Of a stretch of DNA of 64,000 nucleotides, positions 1 through 11,730 are shown piece after piece. The first letter of the stretch is position 1, and each line of letters begins with the position of its first letter. Both the position numbers and the translations under genes were made by a program. The notes under the pieces are model-generated. The model saw only the letters and a list, made by a program, of their open reading frames with translations. It did not search any database and was not told where the DNA came from. Origin of the DNA: Macrostomum hystrix (taxonomy: Eukaryota; Animalia; Platyhelminthes); assembly GCA_950097015.1 (NCBI GenBank), contig CATNEN010000011.1, positions 6,076,001-6,140,000 on the forward strand, given 5' to 3'.

Positions 1-2326
1 ACCACTGATGAATCCGTAAATGTACCCTCACTTCAACAGTTCAGATAGTCAACTATAAGCAGTATATATTCAACTCAGTGTAACCACTGATGAATCCGTA
101 AATGTACCCCCTCAACAGTTCAGATAGTCAACTATAAGCAGTATATATTCAACTCAGTGTAACCACTGATGAATCCGTAAATGTACCCCCACTTCAACAG
201 TTCAGATAGTCAACTATAAGCCGTATATATTCAACTCAGTGTAACCACTGATGAATCCGTAAATGTACCCTCACTTCAACAGTTCAGATAGTCAACTATA
301 AGCAGTATATATTCAACTCAGTGTAACCACTGATGAATCCGTAAATGTACCCGGCCACTTCAACAGTTCAGATAGTCAACTATAAGCCGTATATATTCAA
401 CTCAGTGTAACCACTGATGAATCCGTAAATGTACCCCCACTTCAACAGTTCAGATAGTCAACTATAAGCCGTATATATTTAACTCAGTGTAACCACTGAT
501 GAATCCGTAAATGTACCCCCACTTCAACAGTTCAGATAGTCAACTATAAGCCGTATATATTCAACTCAGTGTAACCACTGATGAATCCGTAAATGTACCC
601 CCACTTCAACAGTTCAGATAGTCAACTATAAGCCGTATATATTCAACTCAGTGTAACCACTGATGAATCCGTCAATGTACCCCCACTTCAACAGTTCAGA
701 TAGTCAACTATAAGCAGTATATATTCAACTCAGTGTAACCACTGATGAATCCGTAAATGTACCCCCACTTCAACAGTTCAGATAGTCAACTATAAGCCGT
801 ATATATTCAACTCAGTGTAACCACTGATGAATCCGTAAATGTACCCCCACTTCAACAGTTCAGATAGTCAACTATAAGCAGTATATATTCAACTCAGTGT
901 AACCACTGATGAATCCGTAAATGTACCCCCACTTCGACAGTTCAGATAGTCAACTATAAGCCGTATATATTCAACTCAGTGTAACCACTGATGAATCCGT
1001 AAATGTACCCCCACTTCAACAGTTCAGATAGTCAACTATAAGCAGTATATATTCAACTCAGTGTAACCACTGATGAATCCGTAAATGTACCCCCACTTCA
1101 ACAGTTCAGATAGTCAACTATAAGCCGTATATATTCAACTCAGTGTAACCTCTGATGAATCCGTAAATGTACCCCCACTTCAACAGTTCAGATAGTCAAC
1201 TATAAGCCGTATATATTCAACTCAGTGTAACCACTGATGAATCCGTAAATGTACCCCCACTTCAACAGTTCAGATAGTCAACTATAAGCAGTATATATTC
1301 AACTCAGTGTAACCACTGATGAATCCGTAAATGTACCCCCACTTCAACAGTTCAGATAGTCAACTATAAGCCGTATATATTCAACTCAGTGTAACCACTG
1401 ATGAATCCGTAAATGTACCCCCACTTCAACAGTTCAGATAGTCAACTATAAGCAGTATATATTCAACTCAGTGTAACCACTGATGAATCCGTCAATGTAC
1501 CCCCACTTCAACAGTTCAGATAGTCAGCTATAAGCAGTATATATTCAACTCAGTGTAACCACTGATGAATCCGTAAATGTACCCCCACTTCAACAGTTCA
1601 GATAGTCAACTATAAGCCGTATATATTCAACTCAGTGTAACCACTGATGAATCCGTAAATGTACCCCCACTTCAACAGTTCAGATAGTCAACTATAAGCA
1701 GTATATATTCAACTCAGTGTAACCACTGATGAATCCGTAAATGTACCCCCACTTCAACAGTTCAGATAGTCAACTATAAGCCGTATATATTCAACTCAGT
1801 GTAACCACTGATGAATCCGTAAATGTACCCTCACTTCAACAGTTCAGATAGTCAACTATAAGCCGTATATATTCAACTCAGTGTAACCACTGATGAATCC
1901 GTAAATGTACCCGGCCACTTCAACAGTTCAGATAGTCAACTATAAGCCGTATATATTCAACTCAGTGTAACCACTGATGAATCCGTAAATGTACCCCCAC
2001 TTCAACAGTTCAGATAGTCAACTATAAGCAGTATATATTCAACTCAGTGTAACCACTGATGAATCCGTAAATGTACCCCCACTTCAACAGTTCAGATAGT
2101 CAACTATAAGCCGTATATATTCAACTCAGTGTAACCACTGATGAATCCGTAAATGTACCCCCACTTCAACAGTTCAGATAGTCAACTATAAGCCGTATAT
2201 ATTCAACTCAGTGTAACCACTGATGAATCCGTAAATGTACCCCCACTTCAACAGTTCAGATAGTCAACTATAAGCCGTATATATTCAACTCAGTGTAACC
2301 ACTGATGAATCCGTAAATGTACCCCC
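1..2326. repeat. 82-bp tandem satellite, about 28 copies, running off the window start
   Basis: Unit accactgatgaatccgtaaatgtacccccacttcaacagttcagatagtcaactataagc(c/a)gtatatattcaactcagtgta starts at 1 and again at 83; only a few variant positions. Confidence 0.98.
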
Positions 2327-3049
2327 TAAGTTTGTAGAACAGGTGCACATCTGGAATCGCGCATGCCGTTATTGGATAGCCCCTGATGTGCCGTCAAAAA
2401 TTCAGCATCCGAAACTAAAAAAAATAACGATATTCGCACTTCAAAAAACTAACTTTTAGCTTTTGATGAATAAAAGTGCTAATTTTCTAAAACGCATAAC
2501 AAAAATTAAGAGATTTTAAATCTAAGGCCCTATTTGGCTATCACCGGGGTCGGTATGTTGTACACTTGCTTCCGTTAGAAGCTCATAGCGGATGAAAGTT
2601 ACGGGATAGATGAAGTTGAGGGTAGAAGCTTGCCCACTGAGCTCAGGCAGAATGCCGAATAAAGAACGCTGATAATAGAAAGGCCAAAAGTATTAAAATT
2701 GGTGAGCGTAATGTCTTTTGCTCGCCTCAGATTTGAACTCAAGTGACTCTGGGTTTTCGCTCATGCAAGTAATAGCTGGTTTACTAATAACGCAGACTCA
2801 AACCACACAAGGGATGATTCACACGAAGGAATAAACGACTCAATGAACTTAATAAACAGGTTAGAGCCTAATAAACAAATAAACACAGAGGATAAGCGAG
2901 GCTGCTTACTAATAGAATTGATAAGGTGATGCTGCTTACTCATAAAATTGATAAGGGTTTCAAACAATTTTCCTAAGATCTGCGTCTAGCACCAGCAGCA
3001 GATAATCAACAACAGCGTTAATAGCAAAAATGACAACACAAATTATTGC

Positions 3050-3830
3050 ACTTTTAGCAGCTGCGGCAGCCAGTCGGTGACGAAACTTGTCTTAGAGCCG
3101 CACCTCGGCATAGCTCAGCAGGATAAGGTCGTAGCAACATCCGTAGTCCCACGTAGTCTCCGTAGTCTGCTAGTTAGTAATAAAAAATTGAAAATTATGA
3201 AAAATATATTTAAGTTTTTTTAAAATAACTAAAATTAATAAATAATAAATAAATAGAGCAGAGAAGTAAAATCAGGGACATTCCATCGTGGGCCAATTCC
3301 TTATATACTTATTTATAACAAACATATTTATAACGAACGTTTCAATAATATATAAAATACAAACTACAAACCAAGATTAAATTAAGTTAACGGATGCGTA
3401 CCTGACATGACTTATAGACTTTTCTTTGGGTTTTAGTTGTCCCTGGCTGTGGCCCAGGTGAAACTGCTCCGGGAAGCTGCTGATTAGCCCCTGCAGAGCT
3501 AACGCTGCGGCTGCCTCATGGAATGGCTAGAGCAGCCAATCAAACATGTCGACACCGGTGACGCCCATCTGAAGTGGTCCCAGACCCTCTGACTTGGCCA
3601 CCAGCTGGAACACGTCCATGGCGGCAAGAAGGTCGCTGCCTGGGCCGCAGCCGAGTGACAGGACCTCATAGCTGGTGCTGCTGGTGTTTGAGCCCATGAT
3701 GGCGTCATAGAGCTCAGCTTGAATCAGCTGGCGAATGGACAACCGCTTCTTCGGGAGCTCGCACACTGTGTATGCGGCCCTAAATTCACTAGATTGGTAG
3801 AACCCTAAGTTTCCTTTGTCGCCTGACTGA
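3050..3830 (-). pseudogene. Class I SAM-dependent methyltransferase-like gene, disrupted
   Basis: Exon 3830-3402 lies between a tttgttttccag acceptor and a CAG|GTACGC donor and encodes VLSLGCGPGSDL (motif I) and VTGVD (motif II-like). In-frame TAG at 3529-3527, after which the frame stays open. The next exon (from 3166) encodes YDLILLSY, but its frame does not match the splice phase and shifts again. Confidence 0.6.
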
Positions 3831-4096
3831 CTGGAAAACAAAAGTAGAATATTTTACTAATTTCAACAAAAATGTTTTTAAAATATATTTTGTGAGCACA
3901 GGCTATGGAATCTGAGTCTCTATAGCACCTGAGTCTATCCTATCTAGGCCAATGAGATCTGAGTCTATGCCATGAATTTCTATCTGAGTATGAAAAGGCA
4001 AAATAATGAAAATAGGAGACAAACACATCAAACACATTGAGATTAACCCGGCTTAATTATATAATAATTAATTAAGAAGTCATATTGCTTAAAAAA

Positions 4097-4550
4097 ACAC
4101 AGAGGATAAGCGAGGCTGCTTACTAATAGAATTGATAAGGTGATGCTGCTTACTAATAAAATTGATAAGGTGATGCTGCTTACTAATAGAATTGATAAGG
4201 TGATGCTGCTTACTCATAGAATTGATAATGTTTAACGGGTTTCAAACAATTTTACTAAAGCACTCCCGCTGGCGCACCGGCTCGATGTCATTGTCGATGA
4301 CGAATATTCGGCTGCCAAGTCTTAACACGTGAAACAAAGCAACTATGATGATTTCTAGAGAAGCATCATAGTTGCTTCTATGATGCTGCAGCAGCAGTCA
4401 GTCAGCGGTCAGCCAGTCAGTAACTGATCTACCAGACTGGATGCTCGTTGACACTACGTACTTTCCCTCCGAGGTCCACATCGCCGAACTGGCTGGCGGG
4501 CTGGAAAACAAAAGTAGAATATTTTACTAATTTCAACAAATATGTTTTTA
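4097..4550 (-). pseudogene. Diverged partial tandem duplicate of the methyltransferase-like locus
   Basis: The acceptor block of about 50 bp at 4501-4550 is nearly identical to 3831-3880; block 4097-4253 matches 2883-2972; minus frame reads LGSRIFVIDND...KIV* versus ...KIV* in the first copy. Confidence 0.45.
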
Positions 4551-4600
4551 GAGAGGCAGTCGATATCGAAATAATTATGGAAATTCGTCAGTAATAAGAT

Positions 4601-4776
4601 AGGGCTTATAGGGCCCGACTTTCTCATCGTCTGGCAGTGTACACTATCGCTGTGCCCCTAAGTCTTCTCTCCGCGGCTGCGTTCAAAATGAATGTGGCCT
4701 CGCCGCGGAATCGAGCTCAGGGACCTCGGTGCGAGAGGCCAACGCGTTAGACCGATTTGCCACTCACCCGGCCCTA
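4601..4776 (-). mobile_element. tRNA-derived SINE family A, 5' part
   Basis: Minus strand has a tRNA-like head with A-box (TGGCAAATCGG) and B-box-like GCTCGATTCC; body shared with copies at 23.0, 32.6 and 33.7 kb. Confidence 0.8.
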
Positions 4777-5922
4777 ACCAATGTTACAAGCTCATTGAGT
4801 AGGAATTTTGTAGCTTATCTCAGCTGTTTACTACACAAAATGATTGAAGCAAACAACAATTTTTTTCTAATTGTTGCTTTATTTGAATGGAATAAAATGA
4901 GCATATGATGAGCAGCGATAAGTAAATAACAAAACAGAGCATTAGTAGAGCTAACTAACATTAACACAATACAAGAACGGTACGTTTTTTGTATTTTACT
5001 ACTGCAATATCTATAAGAAAGTATTAAAATAACAGTGCACTATATCTGAATAACAATTTTATATTAATTAATAAAGGTTTGTACTAGCTAACTATATTTT
5101 TGTAGAAAGCTTTGCACGTTAAAAAAAAGAACGGGAATTTAATTTGGCATAGAATTTAATTAGCGAGACATTGTAAACATATATGCTCATACTTAATTAC
5201 ATTCGTGGAGCTTAGTAAAATAACTTTCGGAGCACTAACACAAGCTCCAAAATTTATGGCAATCATTTTTCATCTCCATTTTTGGATATTTTCATTTTGA
5301 ATTAATGCTACTGATACTGATACTGGCACTGCTACTGACGTGTCAGAAAGACGTGGCAGTGTCTATGGAAAGTGTGAACGAACTGTTCTGTGTTTTATTG
5401 TTTAAAATCATTTTCATAGATTTTTGAGCTTGTGTAACACTACCCCTGACCTTCGCGCACGTTTCTTGCTGCAGCTCCTGAATAGAAAAAGATATGAACA
5501 TGATTTTAATTTTGTTTTCTTTCTGACCAAATTTCCTTTCATTTGACACCATGGGCGTGAAATTTCATGGCTCCGTTGAAGAGCAACGTTGGACATTCCG
5601 GGAACTTTTGGGACACCCCTCGTAATATTTATAAAAAATCGAATGCTTTTAGTTCAGAAAAACACACGCAAAGGATGAATGTATAAGTACTTATAGGCAT
5701 TGTAGTTTACAGACAAGCAAGCGGCGACAAAAATCGCAGTTTTTATCTTACTGAGTACGGAGATACACCCGAATTAGTAGTAGTAAAAACGAAAATTATT
5801 AATCGTTTAAAGTCATTTTTACCATAAAAAAACTAAAAAAATTAAAAAGCAGCTGTCGCATTTTCGCTAGAGAAAAACGAACAAAACTTGCCTAATTTTC
5901 TACCTAAATAAATGTTAGCCCA

Positions 5923-6171
5923 TCAATGTACGCCGGCACCATTGTTGCCAATGCCACCGGTGCCGCTCTCGCCTAGCAACAGCCGCGAGTCGTCCATCAG
6001 GCTGGGCTGCGGTCTCTTAGCAACCAATGCGCGAGGCAGCTTGTCGTGGTACAACTGATAGACGTCACGGTCGGCCGGACAGCTACAACGGAAGGCCTCG
6101 CATTCGTACATGGCCGAATAATAGGCTTGCAGATGCTGCAGCTCTGATGGCACATCGAAGTCGCGATAGAA
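5923..6171 (-). CDS. Clic: CLIC/EXC-4-family chloride intracellular channel, last coding exon
   Basis: atttcag acceptor, then FYRDFDVPSELQHLQAYYSAMYECEAFRCSCPADRDV, matching the invertebrate CLIC C-terminus pattern (YFVDFEIP...MYQLDAFTQSCPADQDI, recalled); TGA at 5925-5923. Confidence 0.8.
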   Translation of the reverse strand, partial: FYRDFDVPSELQHLQAYYSAMYECEAFRCSCPADRDVYQLYHDKLPRALVAKRPQPSLMDDSRLLLGESGTGGIGNNGAGVH

Positions 6172-6585
6172 CTGAAATGTATCGACGATGCGAACAATTG
6201 AATCACGCCTGTCTCATCTCTCTGATCTCACCCAAGACGTCTCATCTCTCCGATCTCACCTCACCCCTGTCTCATCTCTCCTCTGTCTAATCTGAACACT
6301 GTCACATGCATCTTGGCCCTGATTCATGTCTTCACTGTCTCATATCTTCCCTGTTTTATCTCCCGTCTTATCTCTCCTCTGTATAAAACTGTGCCGTGTC
6401 TTACATCTTCCATGTCACATCTCTCGCCTGTCTCATCTTTATCCTGTCTCATCTCTTTCCTATCTGATTTCACAGTCAATACCGACCCGCATTCATTTTA
6501 GAATCTATCTTTAGCCCGCTGGAGCTAAATAGACTCTGAGATTAAAAAAGCATTCGAACCCTGGCAGACAAACAGGGAATTCTAC

Positions 6586-6740
6586 CTTAGCGGCCATTTT
6601 CAGATGATGCAGATTAGGCATGAGTTGGCAATCCGCGTAGGTTAGCTCATCTGAGAGCAGGTAGCGACAACTTAGCGACAATTTGTACATGTGGTTCGGA
6701 CTGCGCGGCTTCGGTCGATACTTAAGGCGCAGAGGCTCAA
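6586..6740 (-). CDS. Clic: CLIC family penultimate exon
   Basis: Encodes RYLLSDELTYADCQLMPNLHHLKMAAK (GST-C/CLIC motif); AAG|GTAGAA donor joins in phase 0 to the exon at 6171. The acceptor position is less certain. Confidence 0.78.
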
Positions 6741-6751
6741 CTGGATCACAC

Positions 6752-7294
6752 CATCAGCAACATCACCTCATCAATTCTATGTGACAGCAGCATCATATTA
6801 TCAATTCTATAAGTTAGCAACATCATATTATCAATTCTATAAGTCAGCAGCATCATATTATCAATTCTATGTGACAGCAGCATCATATTATCAATTCTAT
6901 GTGTCAGCAGCATCATATTATCAATTCTATGTATCAGCAGCATCATATTATCAATTCTATGTGTCAGCATCATCATATTATCAATTCTATAAGTCAGCAG
7001 CATCATATTATTAATTCTATGTGACAGCAGCATCATATTATCAATTCTGTAAGTCAGCAGCATCATATTATCCATTCTATGTGTCAGCAGCATCATATTA
7101 TCAATTCTATGTGACAGCAGCATCATATTATCAATTCTATAAGTCAGCAGCATGATATTATCAATTCTATGTGACAGCAGCATCATATTATCAATTCTAT
7201 AAGTCAGCAGCATCATATTATCAATTCTATGAGTCAGCAGCATCATATTATCAATTCTATAAGTCAGCAGCATCATATTATCAATTCTATGTGA
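6752..7294. repeat. 30-bp minisatellite, about 18 copies
   Basis: Unit cagcagcatcatattatcaattctat(gtgt/aagt); source of the AASYYQFY and MMLLTYRIDN pseudo-ORFs. Confidence 0.97.
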
Positions 7295-7388
7295 CGTCTT
7301 GGCAAGTGCAAAAGATTGAAACGCGCACTGTTCACTTTCACGCCACGATGAGGCGCGTCACGTTCGTGAAAGAAAAATTTATCTGACA

Positions 7389-7676
7389 AATGCAGAGGGA
7401 AAATGTCAAAGCAATGAATGCCCATTGACAATCCCAGCATTAGTTTTATGCAGAGGGAAAAATGTCAAAGCAATGAATGCACATTGACAATCCCAGCATT
7501 AGTTTTATGCAGAGGGAAAAATGTCAAAGCAATGAATGCACAGTGACAATCCCAGCATTAGTTTTATGCAGAGGAAAAATGTCAAAGCAATGAATGCACA
7601 GTGACAATCCCAGCAATAGTTTTATGCAGAGGAAAAATGTCAATGCAATAAATGCACATTGACAATCCCAGCAATA
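7389..7676. repeat. About 59-bp tandem repeat, about 5 copies
   Basis: Repeated atgcagagggaaaatgtcaaagcaatgaatgcacattgacaatcccagcattagtttt. Confidence 0.93.
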
Positions 7677-7844
7677 TTTGACAGAATATAGACTCTAGTC
7701 CCTGTAAAGATAGCAGCTCTCTGCACAGTGACTATTTTCGGCTGAAAACATTGAAAACCATAGCATATTGCATCTTAAATATACTATCTAATATTAAGCT
7801 ATTGGCGTCGTGTGGGCCTCTAATAATTGTTTCATATTAAAATT

Positions 7845-9374
7845 TCATTCCGTTTGTCTAGTATCTAGTCTAAGCGTAATGTTGGGTGCAGAGCTCGCCC
7901 CATATAAAGATGACTGAGCAAGTCTATTTGCGTCATTTACAAATGGAGTATTGAAAGGATTAAAATTTGTTGAACTTTCACTTTCGTGAAAGTGTTGCCG
8001 ATATTTCGCGGTTACAGAAGTCAGTGCCGTATCTCCTTCACTCTCCAAGTCACTTGTGGTGATATTATGGTAGTCATCGACTTGTAGCCCTTCTTCCATC
8101 ACTTGAGCCTGTTGTTGATGCAGATGAGAGGCACTTATTGGTGTATCATGATCAGGTGATACATCAATGGAAACTGAATTACAAAATGTCAGTTCTGTAT
8201 TTTCGAGTTCCTTTAAAATGGCTACACATTTTTCTCTGGATAAGTGATGGGGGTCCTTCAATTCTGGAATGAATTTGCAACTTTTTCCGACAAGGCTCCA
8301 TGGAATCTTGCCGTCGAAACCTGTCGCTGTTTTATGTGCAATTTTAGCCCTAAAAAAATTTCTTGTCGCATTTTTTTCACATCGCTATAAACAGAAGCTA
8401 GGTTTCGTGGCTGACTAGTTTCAGCAAGCTGAACATCACTGCGCTCATTTGCCATATTTTGTTGTTCTGCTTTTTTCGCGTCATCCATTAGTTCTGCTAT
8501 TTTATTTATATGGGGCTCCATAGCGCTTCTAACATTAGGCGATATGTCATTGGACGTGGTAAAATCGGTTCCACGTCGGGTTAATATAATAAGTACGTAT
8601 GTCTCACCTGTACGTTTTAAATCATTTACCACTTTTCTTATTTTCTTCTGCTGATTTTTAGCTTCTTCTTGAAGACGTCGCTTTTCTTCGATTGGCAGAC
8701 TCATATACTCGCGACGCAGTTCGGCGGTCCACACTAGAATTAAAGGAAGATTTGATTTTTAAATTTTAGTGACTAATTATTACATTTATTTATTTCTAGC
8801 TTTTATGTAAATTAATAGATGCACCCCACAGAGAATATAACATATGATGTAGCCTAGAAAATACAACAATATTCAAGACTTTTAGAAAAAAACAATGTTA
8901 TGCTGCATAAATGGACTAAAATGTTTTGTATTAAAAATAATGCTGCCTACTCATACATTAATATTTCTTGAGTTCTAGTCTTACTATATATCCCTGTCAT
9001 ACATGCGCAACCTCCCAAATCTTAGCCGGCCGTGCGACTTAGTTTTTGCTCTCATTTGCGACTTAGTTCATTTCATTGCTCTATTTACGACTTAGTTTGC
9101 TCTCATTTGCTCTCTTTTTCTCTCCCCTTTTTCCTTTTCTTCACGCCTTCCTTTTTTGTCCCTTGGTCCCCCCTTTGATTTTTTTGCGCTTGGTCAATTG
9201 GTTTTTGCGACTTACCTTGCTTGGCCCTCGTTTCACCCGGCCGGTTCGGCCGGGTCGGCCGGGTGTTGCGCATGTATGATCCCTGTAGTATATTTTTAAG
9301 TAATACTGACCATAAGAAAACTTACCTGCCTTTCCTTTGTTTTGCAAAAACACATTGGCACCAGTTAGAACCAT
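7845..9374 (-). CDS. Spliced AT-rich ORF with an HMG-box-like N-terminus, probably a transposon accessory gene, with one frameshift
   Basis: Exon 9374-9326 (cacacag|ATG ... GCAG|GTAAGT) joins in phase 1 to the exon starting at 8733, giving VLTGANVFLQNKGKAVWTAELRREYMSLPIEEKRRLQEEA. A -1 shift at the T7 run (8358-8352) links it to FDGKIPWSLVGK...KDPHHLSREKC, which runs to the stop at 7845. Confidence 0.5.
8998..9278. mobile_element. 281-bp MITE (hAT- or P-like)
   Basis: 14-bp TIR CATACATGCGCAAC / GTTGCGCATGTATG; 8-bp TSD atccctgt at 8990-8997 and 9279-9286. Confidence 0.9.
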
Positions 9375-10063
9375 CTGTGTGTAAGAAAAAAATTAGAATT
9401 ACAAAATAAAACCATTTTATTGCACTATTTCTTATGCACTTTAATTTAAGACTCAAACTGAAATACGAAGCTTTAGTGCCTACTTTATGCTTTAAAATTT
9501 GAGTTAATTTAAATTTAAATTTCCTTTGTTTCTTTTTTTGGTTTGATAATCTCAATTTCTTATAATATAATCAGTACTGACCATAATAATCTTATTTCAT
9601 CTTGTAACTCTTGTATTATGTATGCCTGTACCATAATAATATAAAAATATTATAGGGGTAGGGCCTAGTGAAAATATTACGTCACAAAAGGGTTGCTGTT
9701 CTATAAAAAGGTGTACAAGCGCATGGCATAAATTTACTTTTGTTTGCAAAATTATTTTTATGAATAAATTTAAAATTGCGCTAAATGAAACAAAAAGTGC
9801 AGTGCAGAAACAATTCAGTTTATAGTATTCGTAACAATTCAGTTCAATTCAGTTCAGTTCAGTTTAGTTTAGTTTACTTGGCTGTTATATAGCCACAGGG
9901 TAGTAGTGACAAATCCAGTAAAAAATGCTACAGAATGCTTGGAAGTTGGAAGCTTGGAAATATTGCCTGATTGAAGTCACTAATAAAGGTTAGAAATGTA
10001 GCTGCGATTCTTTCTGCTCTTTGGATGCTGCCGAGCTGGTTATGGCCAAAGACAATTATGAAA

Positions 10064-10547
10064 GGCAGTGCTTATCCCCACGGTACCGTAGAAATAATTT
10101 TTGTCTTATTCCTACGGTACAGTGGGAATAATTTCCTGCTTATCTGCACGGCACACTGACAAGATAGCTGTCCTATCTTCAACATAGCTCCAGAGATGCG
10201 TAAAGTAATAGACTGGATTATAGGCTTAGAAGGCTTGAGCTATAAGATTAGAAAAATACACACTTCAGTTGTATTCTTTTAAATATATAAATAATAGCAA
10301 TATATATTTTATATACTTAAAAAGCCACCGTATTGGTTAACTAATTGCAAAAAAAGCAGAAAACTTTTATTTGTTTACTTGCTTTTAAAAACCGGAAGAA
10401 AAAAAAATTGCAGTCACGATAAAAAGATAGATGATTAGGACAGCTATCTTATCAGTGTGCCGTGCGGATAAGCAGGAAATTATTCCCACGGTACCGTAGG
10501 AAAAAGACAAAAATTATTTCTACAGTACCATGGGGATAAGCACTGCC
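10064..10547. mobile_element. 484-bp Mutator-like (MULE) MITE
   Basis: TIRs of about 110 bp starting GGCAGTGCTTATCCCC; 9-bp TSD attatgaaa at 10055-10063 and 10548-10556. Confidence 0.92.
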
Positions 10548-10814
10548 ATTATGAAAAATTCCACACCACATTATTTATGCCAGGTATATTAATTATTATT
10601 GTTGCAAGGCAGGTAGTAACGTTGTACAATTTTGGGAGGAGCAAAAAATTGTTTTGACATGCACTCTACCACTTTTCTGACTATGGCATGGTAGGGGGTT
10701 AAAGCTATAACAAATCTGATTAAAAATGAAATCAGCACATCAAAAAGCCTTAGTAGCCACAGATTTATCATCCTATCAAAACAAGAACTATTTTATATAG
10801 ACCTAAAGTTCAAG

Positions 10815-10866
10815 AGACCCTCGCCTCCCCGCTGGGTCCATGGACCACCCTGCAGCTAAGTCTAGT
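10815..10866 (+). mobile_element. Helitron-like 3' terminus
   Basis: GC palindrome ggtccatggacc followed about 15 nt later by CTAG|T (10862-10866); similar to 12670-12723. Confidence 0.45.
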
Positions 10867-11669
10867 AAGTCAAAGTTCAAGAAGCCCAAAAAGCAAGCAA
10901 AGTTAAAATGTATTAAAAACTTGAAGTCTATACTTTATAGCAATTATCATTTTGGTTTAAAAAATTTAGCTAGTCAGCCAGACCACTGACTGATAATTTG
11001 GATATAAGTTGCATTAGTAACACTCTTAGTAGTTTAGTCTTAGGTTTTAACTAACATCTATTATTAACTTTACATGTAACATTTTCATTGTGTCAGTTAA
11101 TAAATGTTGAAAATCAAAACAATTGGATTGGGATTTCGATTTGCTGGCATAAGTAGTACTAGTAACTAAATTTAAAACGAAAAAACATTGCTTACCTTTG
11201 TTATAAAAAAATTAATAGAAAATTTCAATACTTAAATTGACAAAGTAACTTTTAAAAATACCTTCTCTAGACACAGTAAAGTACAATCTGTTATGGATGT
11301 AATGATATCCTAAGTGTAAAATGCCAACTAAACTAGTTTGGTGGCGCAGCGCATTAGGGCGCGTTTTTTATTTAAACAATTCTAAACTATTAAATAAAAA
11401 CTTAAATAAAAAATTATGCTACAACGTAACTAAGAAAATCTTTTTTTGAGAAGTACTAATACACTTTTTTTAATGCGCATACTTAGTTCTGTATAATTAT
11501 TTGTTATACCATACGCACGTAAAGTTATGAAATTGACGTAAAATCCGGACTATTCAGACTCGTTTTTGACATGTAAAAAGAGTATTTATAAAAATACAAT
11601 TCTTTCTTTCCATGTAACACTAAAAAAGTGACGAATTCTATAGACAAATGAATACAATTATATTGAGAA

Positions 11670-11730
11670 TGATTGCAGAAGGACTGCGGGCAATGGCACA
11701 TCATTTAGTGACACTAGACCCACAGCGAGC
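11670..11730 (-). mobile_element. SINE family A 3' fragment
   Basis: Reverse complement reads gtctagtgtcactaaatgatgtgccattgcccgcag, matching 33909-33944. Confidence 0.75.

Noticed and set aside
1-2326. 82-bp satellite as a hammerhead-ribozyme retrozyme or a CRISPR array
   Set aside because: Each unit has CTGATGA and small hairpins but no GAAA strand or valid stems II/III; units are contiguous with no unique spacers and there are no cas genes.
5343-5600. First exons of the methyltransferase gene
   Set aside because: Splice-like sites exist, but no frame joins convincingly to downstream exons.
7290-7382. Middle CLIC exon (KFFFHERDAP...)
   Set aside because: Acceptor present, but there is no convincing donor, compatible phase or clear similarity.
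11335-11365. tRNA fragment (ggtggcgcagcgcattagggcg)
   Set aside because: Only an A-box-like half; no B-box or cloverleaf.
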